DNA of 49,122 nt, taken from assembly GCA_023246095.1 (NCBI GenBank), contig JAHFJA010000006.1, forward strand, positions 1-49,122, read 5' to 3'. The position numbers were made by a program, and so were the translations under genes. This stretch comes from a bacterium. GTDB lineage: Bacteria; Patescibacteriota; Patescibacteriia; JACQRZ01. Positions 26,492-36,392 of the stretch are shown in pieces (the stretch's first letter is position 1; each line of letters begins with the position of its first letter). The notes under the pieces are model-generated. The model was not told where the DNA came from. It made no database searches and saw only the letters and a program-made list of their open reading frames with translations.

Positions 26492-28387
26492 ATGATGTTT
26501 AAAACAAAAAAATTGAGCGCGACACAGTTAAAACAAGGAATAGAGTCAATTTATGACTCTTCGGACCATATCGGGAATGATGTAAGTATAATCAAGCCGT
26601 CAAAGAGCAGGAGACGATGGTGGATTATAGCTATTGTTGCACTTTTGTTAGCGTGTGCAATTACTACGTGGTTAGGTTTCCGCGTTTTTAGTAATCATCA
26701 GCCATTTCATGAGGATAGGGTGTCTATAAAAATGGATGGGCCTCGCACTGTTGCCTCCAGTGAAGAAGTGACCTACACGATTGTCTATCGAAATGATGAT
26801 CCGAATCCGATGACTAAAGTCGTGATTACTGCTAGTTACCCGCAAGGATTTAGTGTTATCAGTACTGAACCCAGTGCAAGCAACTCGTTAAATAATCGTT
26901 GGGAGCAAGATTTTCTTAAAACAGGAGAGGTCGGAACTATCACCATCAAAGGACAATTGCGTGGAAATGAAGGGCAAGAACAAGCCCTAAAAGCAAATCT
27001 AACCTACGTACCTGCTAATTTTAACTCTCCGTTTAGTCAGGAAGATACCTTATTGGTTACTGTGCAATCTTCTTTGCTCCATTTACAAATACATGGTCCT
27101 GCGCAAGCGAACCCGGGTGATGAGGTGCAATATGAAATTACGTATGATGATTTTAGCTCTATTTATAAAAAAGATGATGTCCAGCTTCGTGTTACTTATC
27201 CAAAAGGATTTGCATTCAAAGAATCGGATCCAAAAGCAGATTTTGGTCAGGATGTTTGGACTTCTGTAGCTCTCCTGAAAGGTATCGATCCAAATACTCG
27301 ACAAGGGAAGGTAAGAATTAGTGGAACATTTAATCCTGAAAGTCCGTCGGGTACTGTTGGTTTTGGTGCAGTATTTGGCTATGGTCACGGAGATGTGTTT
27401 ACTCCTGAAAAAAATGAAACTACTTCAACAGAGATAACAAAGAGTGATTTGATTCTCCATTTGCGTGTTAATGACATGCCAACAAATCCAGTAGTAAACG
27501 TTGGAGAACCTCTTGGTGTTGTTTTGGATTATGAAAATACCGGTAAATATCCGCTGTCTGATGTGACGCTTGCAGTCAAAATGGAAGGTCCTTTCATTGA
27601 TTGGTCCACACTAAAAGACAGTAAGTCAGCAGAGTTTAGTAATGACTCACTTACTTGGTCGAAGGGAAAGACGATCTCCTTGGCTGATGTTGCTCCAGGA
27701 GCAAAAGGACAAGTCTCTTTTCATGTGTCGCTTCAAAATAGTGCAAGTATTGCGAATTTGATTAAAGGTGGTATGGTGGACGTGAATAAAGCGTTGGCAT
27801 TTAATGCTTCAGCACTGGCTACCTACACAGTAGCTCCGTATAAGGATAACTTACCAACCGGTGGAACAGTGGAAGCAAAAACAGGTGCAACTACCGTCAT
27901 GATAAATTCAGATTTGGCATTTGTTGCTCAAGCTCGATATTTTGATGATCAACAGACTCCTGTCGGATCGGGCCCTCTTCCTCCTCGTGTAGGTCAAACG
28001 ACCGTATATAGTATCTCGTGGAATCTCCAAAATACGCTTCATGATCTTGATCAAATCCGGGTGACGACTATTTTGCCCCCCGATGTTATGTGGTCAAGTC
28101 ATGAACGGGCTGATGTAGGCGCAATTGAATATGACGACGCTACGAGAAGTGTATCTTGGGTTATTGATCGCATGTCGGCCACTCAACCTGTATTAACGGC
28201 TGATTTTACTGTTTCTATCACTCCAGCGGCTACCTATGCGCAAAAATTGATTACATTAACTGGTGATTCCGGTGTAACGGCGAAAGATATGATTAATAAT
28301 AGTAGTGTTTCTCTTAAACGGCCATCATTGACTACAAACCTTGATTTTGATCCAGTGGGAAAAGGAAAAGGATTGGTCCAACCATGA
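26492..28387 (+). CDS. Membrane-anchored protein with repeated Ig-like (DUF11-like) domains
   Basis: TM helix; VTYTIVYRN, YENTG and GSGPLPPRVGQTT beta-sandwich patterns. Confidence 0.7.
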   Translation: MMFKTKKLSATQLKQGIESIYDSSDHIGNDVSIIKPSKSRRRWWIIAIVALLLACAITTWLGFRVFSNHQPFHEDRVSIKMDGPRTVASSEEVTYTIVYRNDDPNPMTKVVITASYPQGFSVISTEPSASNSLNNRWEQDFLKTGEVGTITIKGQLRGNEGQEQALKANLTYVPANFNSPFSQEDTLLVTVQSSLLHLQIHGPAQANPGDEVQYEITYDDFSSIYKKDDVQLRVTYPKGFAFKESDPKADFGQDVWTSVALLKGIDPNTRQGKVRISGTFNPESPSGTVGFGAVFGYGHGDVFTPEKNETTSTEITKSDLILHLRVNDMPTNPVVNVGEPLGVVLDYENTGKYPLSDVTLAVKMEGPFIDWSTLKDSKSAEFSNDSLTWSKGKTISLADVAPGAKGQVSFHVSLQNSASIANLIKGGMVDVNKALAFNASALATYTVAPYKDNLPTGGTVEAKTGATTVMINSDLAFVAQARYFDDQQTPVGSGPLPPRVGQTTVYSISWNLQNTLHDLDQIRVTTILPPDVMWSSHERADVGAIEYDDATRSVSWVIDRMSATQPVLTADFTVSITPAATYAQKLITLTGDSGVTAKDMINNSSVSLKRPSLTTNLDFDPVGKGKGLVQP

Positions 28388-28388
28388 T

Positions 28389-29837
28389 ATGATTAGAATA
28401 TTTAATACTGCCAGCGGAAAGAAGGAAGATTTTAGACCTATTCACGAAAAGAAAGTGGGCATGTATACCTGTGGCATGACAGTATATGATTATGCTCATA
28501 TCGGTCATGGTCGAAAGTATGTTGGGGACGATATAGTGCGACGAACTTTGCAGTATTTTGGCTATAGCATTAACCACGTACAAAATGTTACCGACGTTGG
28601 GCATTTAGTTTCCGACGAAGATTCAGGACAAGACAAGATGGAAAAAGGTGCTTTAAAGCACGGAAAATCCGTTTGGGAAGTAGCGGAATATTTTACTGAT
28701 CATTTCTACGCCTCCATGGATGCGTTGAACGTACTGCGTCCAACTATCATTTGTAAGGCAACTGAACATATTACAGAACAAGTTGATCTGGTGAAAACGC
28801 TCATGGAAAAAGGGGTCGCCTATGACACACCCGAAGCGGTGTATTTTGACGTAACAAAATTTCCCGACTACGGAAAGTTGTTTGGTCAAAAGCTTGAGGA
28901 TAAAAAAACCGCAGTGCGTGAAGAAGTACATACGGGTGAGTATAAGAAAAATCCTCGCGATTTTGTTTTGTGGTTCAAACGAGTAGGAAGATTTGAAAAT
29001 CATATCATGTACTGGCAAAGTCCGTGGGGGGATGGATTTCCGGGATGGCACATTGAGTGTTCAGCTATGAGCATGAAATACCTTGGCGAAACATTTGATA
29101 TTCATACGGGCGGTATTGATCATATTTCCATACATCACATAAACGAAATAGCCCAGAGTGAAGCGGCGACAGGGAAGACATTTGCACACTATTGGCTTCA
29201 CCATGCATTTTTGACAGTGGACAGTACAAAGATGAGCAAAAGCTTGGGAAACTATTTCACTGTCGAAGATGTTATACAAAAAGGATATGACCCTCTAGCG
29301 CTTCGTTTTTTTTACTTGTCAGCACACTATCGCCAGCAATTGAACTTTACTTGGGAGGCATTGAGTGGAGCCCAAGCGGGGTATAAAACTCTTTGCAATC
29401 TCGTGCGATATATTCTTGATAAAAAAAATGCAGCCAGCTCAGATGAAATAAGCCAGGCAGCTCAAGACTTTATTGATACTACTCACCTGCAATGGACTGA
29501 TGCAGTCTCTGATGATTTCAATATGCCACAAGCAGTAGCTGTCCTGTTTGAGTATCTTAAACGGATTAAAGATGAGGTCGAGTTATCAGGAGCAGATTAT
29601 GCCGCGCTTTATGATGAAGTTATCGCCCTCGATTCTATACTGGGATTAAAGTTGGATCACGTTAAGCTTGTTGATGAAGTTAACGCCCCACAACACGTGC
29701 TTACCTTAGTTAAAGAGAGGGAAGAGGCACGTCATGAAAAGAACTGGAACGAATCAGATCGTCTCCGAGAAGAAATCATTAGACAGGGGTTTAGTGTAGA
29801 AGATACGTCAGAAGGTCCTGTCATCCGTGTTGTATGA
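28389..29837 (+). CDS. cysS: Cysteine--tRNA ligase
   Basis: [16 protein letters not shown] and KMSKS motifs. Confidence 0.98.
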   Translation: MIRIFNTASGKKEDFRPIHEKKVGMYTCGMTVYDYAHIGHGRKYVGDDIVRRTLQYFGYSINHVQNVTDVGHLVSDEDSGQDKMEKGALKHGKSVWEVAEYFTDHFYASMDALNVLRPTIICKATEHITEQVDLVKTLMEKGVAYDTPEAVYFDVTKFPDYGKLFGQKLEDKKTAVREEVHTGEYKKNPRDFVLWFKRVGRFENHIMYWQSPWGDGFPGWHIECSAMSMKYLGETFDIHTGGIDHISIHHINEIAQSEAATGKTFAHYWLHHAFLTVDSTKMSKSLGNYFTVEDVIQKGYDPLALRFFYLSAHYRQQLNFTWEALSGAQAGYKTLCNLVRYILDKKNAASSDEISQAAQDFIDTTHLQWTDAVSDDFNMPQAVAVLFEYLKRIKDEVELSGADYAALYDEVIALDSILGLKLDHVKLVDEVNAPQHVLTLVKEREEARHEKNWNESDRLREEIIRQGFSVEDTSEGPVIRVV

Positions 29838-30871
29838 CCTACTATCTTGCTATCGCCGTAGCTTCTTTTATAATTAGTATATTGTGTACTGCTATAGTAC
29901 GCCGGATTTCATTACTCTTAAATATCACTGATAAGCCTGATGGTAAGCGTAAGATACATAAAGTGGCTACCCCATTGTGGGGAGGATTGGCTGTCTATAC
30001 TGCGGTATGGGGGACCGTCATTCTCTATTCTTTATTTGCGCCAACGGGTTTTCCAGAGATTATCGGGCGACATGTTGAGGTATCTGATCTTGGATATGTT
30101 GCATTGGGGGGATTTTTCATTCTTGTCGGAGGCATGCTTGACGATGTGTATAATCTTAGGCCGTGGCAGCAAATCATTTGGCCGATTGCAGCCGCAGGAA
30201 TTGTTGTAGGAGCAGGAATTGGCATTGAACATGTATCTAATCCTTTTGGGGGTACTATTGAGTTAGGAATACTCTCTTCTATTACAACGTTTATTTGGCT
30301 TTTAGTCGTCATGTATGCAACCAAACTACTTGATGGACTTGACGGTCTCGTATCAGGAGTGACGGTCATCAACGCGGGAATCATTGCTGTACTGAGTCTT
30401 TTCTTTTTTATAAATATTCCCACAGCGATATTAGCGGTAATTATCGCATCTTCATATGCAGGATTTTTGGTGTTTAACTTCCACCCAGCGTCGATATTTC
30501 TTGGCGAGTCAGGTAGTTTGCTCGCGGGATATTTTTTGGGAATCCTTGCGATTATTTCAGGAGCAAAACTAGCGACCACTATGTTGATATTAGGTATTCC
30601 AATACTGGATGCTGTGTGGGTGATTGCACGCCGAGTTTTTATTGAACATCGTTCCCCATTTCAAGCAGATCGTAAACACATCCATTTCCGTTTGCTTGAC
30701 GCTGGTTTTTCTCAACGGCAATCGGTATTGGTTCTCTATGTGTTGGCAGCCGTGTTTGGTGTCGCAGCTCTTTATTTACAAAGTACACAAAAATTAATTG
30801 GACTTATGTTTCTTGTCTTGGTTATGATGGGGTTGGGATGGTTAGTGCTTGACAGACAGCCTCGAAATTGA
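29834..30871 (+). CDS. MraY/WecA(TagO)-family polyprenyl-phosphate GlcNAc-1-P transferase
   Basis: RKIH, LDD, DGLDGL, FNFHPASIFLGESGS and DRKHIHFRL motifs. Confidence 0.92.
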   Translation: MTYYLAIAVASFIISILCTAIVRRISLLLNITDKPDGKRKIHKVATPLWGGLAVYTAVWGTVILYSLFAPTGFPEIIGRHVEVSDLGYVALGGFFILVGGMLDDVYNLRPWQQIIWPIAAAGIVVGAGIGIEHVSNPFGGTIELGILSSITTFIWLLVVMYATKLLDGLDGLVSGVTVINAGIIAVLSLFFFINIPTAILAVIIASSYAGFLVFNFHPASIFLGESGSLLAGYFLGILAIISGAKLATTMLILGIPILDAVWVIARRVFIEHRSPFQADRKHIHFRLLDAGFSQRQSVLVLYVLAAVFGVAALYLQSTQKLIGLMFLVLVMMGLGWLVLDRQPRN

Positions 30872-30913
30872 TATCGTCATTTCAATATAATTGTAGAAAA
30901 AGGAGGGGTCATA

Positions 30914-31255
30914 ATGGCTAAACCATTATATCCAGAATACTTAAATGAGGGATCAATCGATGCAGGGACTCAGGGTCCTGTTCGTTTTCTTCAACAGCTT
31001 CTCTGTTCCCTTGGTGTAAAGACTGAGGATGATAGAGATATCATTATTGATGGTGTATATGGAGAAGGAACGGCCTCCGCTGTAAGGATGCTCCAAAATG
31101 ACACTTTGGAAGTTGATCCGGACGGCAACTTCGGGCCTGCAACCCGTGAAGCCTTATACCGGGTAACAAGCATCGATGTAAATACTATTCCGGCAGTAGG
31201 TGATTGCACGGTAAGTGTGAAAATGCCGGATGTTGAAGCTTTGCAGAGATATTAA
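30914..31255 (+). CDS. Peptidoglycan-binding domain protein
   Basis: VRFLQQLL, IDGVYGEGTASAVRMLQ, DGNFGPAT. Strong SD AAGGAGG and upstream TTGACA-17-TATCGT. Confidence 0.85.
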   Translation: MAKPLYPEYLNEGSIDAGTQGPVRFLQQLLCSLGVKTEDDRDIIIDGVYGEGTASAVRMLQNDTLEVDPDGNFGPATREALYRVTSIDVNTIPAVGDCTVSVKMPDVEALQRY

Positions 31256-31381
31256 CGTTCTTTAATTATTATTCTTGACGCCACCTCATGAGGAGAGGAT
31301 TGGCGTTTTTTTATAGTACTCTTTACAAACTCTTAAACCTTGCTATAATAACGCAATACATGAATTTTCTTATAAATACGT

Positions 31382-31696
31382 ATGTTCGCAGTCATTCAAA
31401 CAGGCGGAAAACAATATATTGTAAAACAAGGAGATAAGCTTGAGATTGAAAAAATCGAAGGTGAACCTACTTCTGAGGTCACTTTTGATCAGGTTTTTCT
31501 TAAAAGTGATGAAGAGGGTAACGATGTAACTCTTGGCATGCCTGCTATTGCGGGTGCTTCGGTAAAAGCAACTATTCTTGAGCAGGGCAGGGGAGACAAG
31601 ATCGATATCATCAAATATAAGCCAAAAGTCCGTTACCGACGTAAAAACGGCCATCGTCAGCCATTTACAAAGGTTCAGATCACATCCATCGCGTAA
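31382..31696 (+). CDS. rplU: 50S ribosomal protein L21
   Basis: MFAVIQTGGKQY...GHRQPFT. Confidence 0.98.
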   Translation: MFAVIQTGGKQYIVKQGDKLEIEKIEGEPTSEVTFDQVFLKSDEEGNDVTLGMPAIAGASVKATILEQGRGDKIDIIKYKPKVRYRRKNGHRQPFTKVQITSIA

Positions 31697-31703
31697 GAAA
31701 CCG

Positions 31704-31728
31704 CAAAAGCCCCGAAAGGGGCTTTTTG
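31704..31728. terminator. Bidirectional terminator between rplU and recR
   Basis: AAAAGCCCC-gaaa-GGGGCTTTT. Confidence 0.85.
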
Positions 31729-31756
31729 AGCAATTGAGATAGCTAGGTTTACAATT

Positions 31757-32359
31757 TTATACCTCTCTTCTTGCTTTTATCGCATCCGCCAGTGTAATTT
31801 CATCCGCATATTCAATATCCGCCCCCCTAGGCAGACCGCGTGCAAGACGGGTGAGTTTCATTCCGTATGGCATAAGCAACTTATAAAGATACAACCCCGT
31901 CGATTCTCCTTCGAGGTCAGGGTTAAACGCAAGGATGACTTCCTGAACTTTTTTTTCTGAGCGGGTGATACGTTCAACGAGTTCTTTGATTCGTAATCGA
32001 TCAGGAGTGATGCCATCGAGAATGTTTACATTGCCCCCCAGGATGTGATAAGCGCCTCGATATTCGCCCGTGCGCTCAAATGCTCCTACTTCATGGCTGA
32101 ATGCCACCACACAGATCGTTTCTTGGTCCCGAGTCGGATCACCACAAATATTACAGGGTGTTTTTTCAGCATAATTGAAACAGACCCGACATACAATAAT
32201 AGAGTCCTGGAGTTCCATGAGCGCTCGTGCAAAGCGAATAATATCTGCTGGCGGCTGACGCAAGAGGTAAAAAACAAACCGTTGTGCTGTTTTTTCGCCA
32301 ATACCAGGGAAGCGAGAAAATTGGTCAATGAGAAAACGAAGGGGGGCGGGATAGGACAT
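31757..32359 (-). CDS. recR: Recombination mediator RecR
   Basis: PGIGEKTAQR HhH, C4 zinc finger, Toprim domain, IEYADEITL. Confidence 0.97.
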   Translation of the reverse strand: MSYPAPLRFLIDQFSRFPGIGEKTAQRFVFYLLRQPPADIIRFARALMELQDSIIVCRVCFNYAEKTPCNICGDPTRDQETICVVAFSHEVGAFERTGEYRGAYHILGGNVNILDGITPDRLRIKELVERITRSEKKVQEVILAFNPDLEGESTGLYLYKLLMPYGMKLTRLARGLPRGADIEYADEITLADAIKARREV

Positions 32360-32367
32360 ACGTACTA

Positions 32368-33786
32368 CTAATTGAAGATATCAAATGAACCCCCTGTACT
32401 ACTGGTTGCTTCTTCGTTGGAGTGTTGTTGATCAAGGTTACGAAAACATGCGCGCTGTTCATCAAAGAAGAGATTCACAATTCCGGTCGGTCCATTGCGG
32501 TGTTTTGCAATATGGATTTCTGTAGTGTATTTATCTTGATCAGTCAGTTGGTCGGGACGATAGTTTCTGTCTGCGGCCTTACGATAAATAAATAGTACGA
32601 CGTCAGCATCTTGTTCGATAGATCCTGATTCGCGCAGGTGAGCCATTTTTGGAATAGCAGGCTTTGAAAGTTCCACAGCGCGGTTGAGCTGTGAGAGGGC
32701 AATGAGTGGTACATCGAGCTCGCGGGCTATAGATTTGAGACCACGACTGATTTCTGATACTTCTTGCGTACGGCCATCATTGCCTCCTGCTCGTCCTTCC
32801 ATAAGCTGCAAGTAGTCTAAAATAATCAAATCAAGTCCATGTTCGCTTTTAAGACGTCGCGCTTTTGTTCTGATCTCCATGATGTTGGCAGAAGGAGTAT
32901 CGTCGATAAAAATCTTTGCCTGAGAAAGTTGGTCGATAGCAGTACCGATGCGATTAAAGTCATCTGAATCAGGGCTGTCGGAGAGTTTTCCTGTACGCAT
33001 TTTCCATAGATCAACGCCTGCTTGCGCACAAATCATACGATCAACAAGTTGATCCTTTGACATTTCCAAGCTAAAAAATCCGACTGACGCACCACCCATG
33101 AGTGCAGCATTGCGAGCAAGGTCAAGCGCAAATGAGGTTTTACCAACACTGGGACGAGCGGCAAGAATAAGAAGGTCAGATCGTTGTAATCCCGCAAGAC
33201 TTTTATCAAGGTCAATAAAGCCGGTCGTAATACCACGCAGTTTCCCTTTTTCCTTGTGCATTTCATCAATGCGTTCAAAGGCATCGGTTAACACTTCACT
33301 GATTGAAGTAAATGCCTTTTTCAACAACCGTTGTGAAACACCAAAAACACTTCGTTCGGCACTATCAAGAGTTACTTCCACATCATTTTCTTCCTCAAAT
33401 GACATTTTCATGATATCCGACGCGGCTGCTTGCAAACGGCGCAGGGTAGATTTTTTTTGTACGATTTCAGCGTAATGAACGACATTGCTTGATGTGGGGA
33501 CGCTGTTGGCAAGCCCTATTAAATAACTGCGTCCTCCAATCATTTCGAGTTGCTTTTTTTCATCCAAACGGTTGCCAAGGCTAAGTAGATCGATGGGGTC
33601 ATGTTTACTATAAAGGTCCAGCATGGCGCCAAAAATGATCCGGTGGATGTCCTTGTAGTAGTCCTCATCAGTGATCATGTCAGCTATTTTGTGGATCGCT
33701 TCTTTGTCAATCAAAAGAGCTCCGAGAAGTGATTGCTCGGCGTCTACACTATGAGGGGGGATACGATCCATCAATTCAGTTGCCAT
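32368..33786 (-). CDS. dnaB: Replicative DNA helicase
   Basis: PPHSVDAEQ, ARPSVGKT, DYLQL, LRESGSIEQDAD and KHRNGP motifs. No intein. Confidence 0.98.
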   Translation of the reverse strand: MATELMDRIPPHSVDAEQSLLGALLIDKEAIHKIADMITDEDYYKDIHRIIFGAMLDLYSKHDPIDLLSLGNRLDEKKQLEMIGGRSYLIGLANSVPTSSNVVHYAEIVQKKSTLRRLQAAASDIMKMSFEEENDVEVTLDSAERSVFGVSQRLLKKAFTSISEVLTDAFERIDEMHKEKGKLRGITTGFIDLDKSLAGLQRSDLLILAARPSVGKTSFALDLARNAALMGGASVGFFSLEMSKDQLVDRMICAQAGVDLWKMRTGKLSDSPDSDDFNRIGTAIDQLSQAKIFIDDTPSANIMEIRTKARRLKSEHGLDLIILDYLQLMEGRAGGNDGRTQEVSEISRGLKSIARELDVPLIALSQLNRAVELSKPAIPKMAHLRESGSIEQDADVVLFIYRKAADRNYRPDQLTDQDKYTTEIHIAKHRNGPTGIVNLFFDEQRACFRNLDQQHSNEEATSSTGGSFDIFN

Positions 33787-34007
33787 AGGGTACAAAATAG
33801 AAGGCGCTGTTATTGTAGGGCAAGCGAGCGGGGGGCGCAATGGTGTGTTCCAAACCTTACCCAAAAGGGTACCCCTAGGGCATCTCCGGACTACCGCCTA
33901 CGATATCTACGAGCTTCCGCTCTATGACTTGCCATTTTGCCTTATTTATTGTTAAATATAGGGGCAATATGGGAAGGGCTATTCACGTGGCAACCCAGTT
34001 GTCATAT

Positions 34008-34083
34008 GCGCTCATAGCTCAATCGGTAGAGCAATGGCCTTTTAAGCCAGTGGTTGAAGGTTCAAGTCCTTCTGGGCGCACCA
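34008..34083 (+). tRNA. tRNA-Lys(TTT)
   Basis: Acceptor stem GCGCTCA/TGGGCGC plus ACCA; anticodon arm TGGC-CTTTTAA-GCCA. Confidence 0.96.
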
Positions 34084-34139
34084 AAGTCTCATTTTTATAG
34101 GTTAAAAAAAATAAACATTCATATTTTGATATTTGAGTT

Positions 34140-35129
34140 ATGTCGATGGAGATGATGCCGACTGTTGAAAGCGCGGAGGAAGACCCGGAGATTTTTCGTT
34201 ATCGAATTGACGACGAAGCCTACGAACAAGCTGTTGAATTGTTTGGTGACCAGAAAAATGATTTTATTAATAATTGTGAGAAAGTTAGAGTTTCATTGCC
34301 GGAGCGACAGAAACAATCGGTTATTTGGATTAAGGACGCTATTTATGAAATGGCGGTTGGTTATGGGTCTGAACAAGCAGGTGGGTTTCAGACTGATTTT
34401 ATCCCAATGAAGCCACAGGATTATAAAAAACTTGGTTATGGTGAAAAATCCGCTGCTGGATTTATCTCGCCTCTTAATATCATAGTAATGTCGTACGACC
34501 CGTCACTCCAAGGTAGAAGTAATGATGCTGATTTTATACAAAGCACAAGCCATGAATTTCTCCATGCGTTTTCTTTTCAGAGACACCTTGCACATTCGAC
34601 AGAAAAAAATAATCAACAAAGGTCGCACATAAGCCCTGCTCGTATTGGACTGAGTACTTGGCATCCAAATTATCCCAAAAAACACAAAGAAGGAAAATTC
34701 AATGGTCTCAACGAAGCAATTACGGAGTCTCTCGCCAAGGATATTACTGACACAGTGATTAATCAACATGCCCGATATTTTGCTGGCACTGCATCCACGG
34801 GGTTGGTGAGAGACAATGATTTTTTGACTCAAAAAAACGCTGATGTATCACCTCAAGACGATTTTCGTTATTCTTATCCACGAGATAAGATGATTTATCA
34901 GAAAGAAATAAAGATTTTTGATGAGCTAGTGGAAGCAGTGGCGCAAAAAAGACCGGATTTAGGTAGTGCGGGTGTAAAAAAGTTGTTTTACGAAGCGTAT
35001 TTTGGGGACTCAATGGTAACATTAGGCAGGTTGATGGAAGAAACACTGGGCCGAGGTGCATTTCGTGTGATTGCAGAAGATTTTAAAAGCGTTAGACAAG
35101 ATTTACTTTATACAGGAAGAGACCTATAA
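34140..35129 (+). CDS. Putative zinc metallopeptidase (gluzincin-like)
   Basis: HEFLH plus downstream GLNEAITE. Confidence 0.65.
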   Translation: MSMEMMPTVESAEEDPEIFRYRIDDEAYEQAVELFGDQKNDFINNCEKVRVSLPERQKQSVIWIKDAIYEMAVGYGSEQAGGFQTDFIPMKPQDYKKLGYGEKSAAGFISPLNIIVMSYDPSLQGRSNDADFIQSTSHEFLHAFSFQRHLAHSTEKNNQQRSHISPARIGLSTWHPNYPKKHKEGKFNGLNEAITESLAKDITDTVINQHARYFAGTASTGLVRDNDFLTQKNADVSPQDDFRYSYPRDKMIYQKEIKIFDELVEAVAQKRPDLGSAGVKKLFYEAYFGDSMVTLGRLMEETLGRGAFRVIAEDFKSVRQDLLYTGRDL

Positions 35130-35173
35130 TTAACGATAGATCAATATTTTATATTTTCTAATTCTTCAGTTTT

Positions 35174-36337
35174 ATGGAACAAATGCAATCAGGCTCAATT
35201 TCGATTATTAATCTTCCAGGGACTGGCTCTTTGTTGTCACGGACTTGGTTAATTTATCAGCGACTGAGTAAATCACTTGTCTCATTGAGCATTGGTCTAG
35301 GCCTAACGTTTCTTGTATATCTTGGGGTTACATCGTTATTGAATTTCCTGGTCAAAGACTCGTCGCATAGTGCACAAGCGCTCATAGAAATTATAAATAC
35401 TCTTGTTCAGCTTGCATCGTGCTTTGCCTATGCGTACTTCTTTACCGCCATGTTGTTTGTTATCAAACATCGGGACGAAGCGGTTTTGACAATGAAGGAG
35501 GCACTTTTAAAAGCAAAGTCCACATACCGTTCTTTGCTCTGGATTGGCGTTGTTTCAGGGCTAGCGATATATGGAGGGGCGATTACGATGATATTGCCGC
35601 TCCTTATGTCAGTTTGGTTCTATTTCGCCGTATATGTTTTGGTTACAGAAGGTCTTCGGGGAACCGATGCACTCAACAAGAGTCGGTACCTTAGTCGAGG
35701 AAATTGGTTTGCTATTTTTGGTCGTTATCTTTCACTTGCCGCAATCATGGGGGTGATTGCTTTGGTCATTTATATGTTAAGTGCCATCCCTGCCGCGGGC
35801 GCTGTCGTGTTTATCGTCATGTTTGTTGTCTTTTTGTTGGCAGCACTTCCATTCTTTGCGATTTATGACTTCCTCCGATATGAAGATCTCGTCGAGTTGC
35901 CTCGTACTCAAGGATATCAGTCCTTTAGAGGCGAAAAACATTCAGTAACTTTTTTTGCGATTATTGGTCTTATTATCACGGTGGTTATGTGGATTGGTTC
36001 ACTGTTGACCTGTGTTCAGCGGACGAGTATAGCTAATAATGCAAAAGGTGCCGCCGCCGTTATCGTGTTGTCTATTGCACAGAATGCAAGCGTGAATCTT
36101 GAAGGTCTATCAAGTACCCTTGATAAAATGATTTACGTGTACCATCCTGATGTATGCCCTCTTCCGCCTCGACCCGCGTACGACTTGAAGAACACATACC
36201 CACCAACGAGCAGTAGCGGTACCAATAACTTGAATGGCGTTCCTGTCCCGAGTGCTACTATACCTACAACGCCAAGTAGTTACGACGATTACCTCAAAAC
36301 ACTTCCATCGAGCGCCATCACTCCGACAAATCCCTAA
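35174..36337 (+). CDS. Polytopic membrane protein with Pro/Ser/Thr tail
   Basis: Multiple TM helices; VLVTEGLRGTDALNKSRYLSRGNWFAIFGR pattern. Confidence 0.7.
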   Translation: MEQMQSGSISIINLPGTGSLLSRTWLIYQRLSKSLVSLSIGLGLTFLVYLGVTSLLNFLVKDSSHSAQALIEIINTLVQLASCFAYAYFFTAMLFVIKHRDEAVLTMKEALLKAKSTYRSLLWIGVVSGLAIYGGAITMILPLLMSVWFYFAVYVLVTEGLRGTDALNKSRYLSRGNWFAIFGRYLSLAAIMGVIALVIYMLSAIPAAGAVVFIVMFVVFLLAALPFFAIYDFLRYEDLVELPRTQGYQSFRGEKHSVTFFAIIGLIITVVMWIGSLLTCVQRTSIANNAKGAAAVIVLSIAQNASVNLEGLSSTLDKMIYVYHPDVCPLPPRPAYDLKNTYPPTSSSGTNNLNGVPVPSATIPTTPSSYDDYLKTLPSSAITPTNP

Positions 36338-36349
36338 TTCAGAATGACC

Positions 36350-36381
36350 GAACACTGGCTCTGTATTCGGAGCCAGTGTTC
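36350..36381. terminator. Hairpin / possible terminator
   Basis: GAACACTGGCTC/GAGCCAGTGTTC 12-bp stem, weak U-tract. Confidence 0.55.
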
Positions 36382-36392
36382 TCTACTCGTTT

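Noticed and set aside
33790-34007. GC-rich dnaB-tRNA-Lys intergenic region as a possible ncRNA
   Set aside because: Only short hairpins are visible and no family motif was recognised. A divergent promoter region is sufficient explanation.
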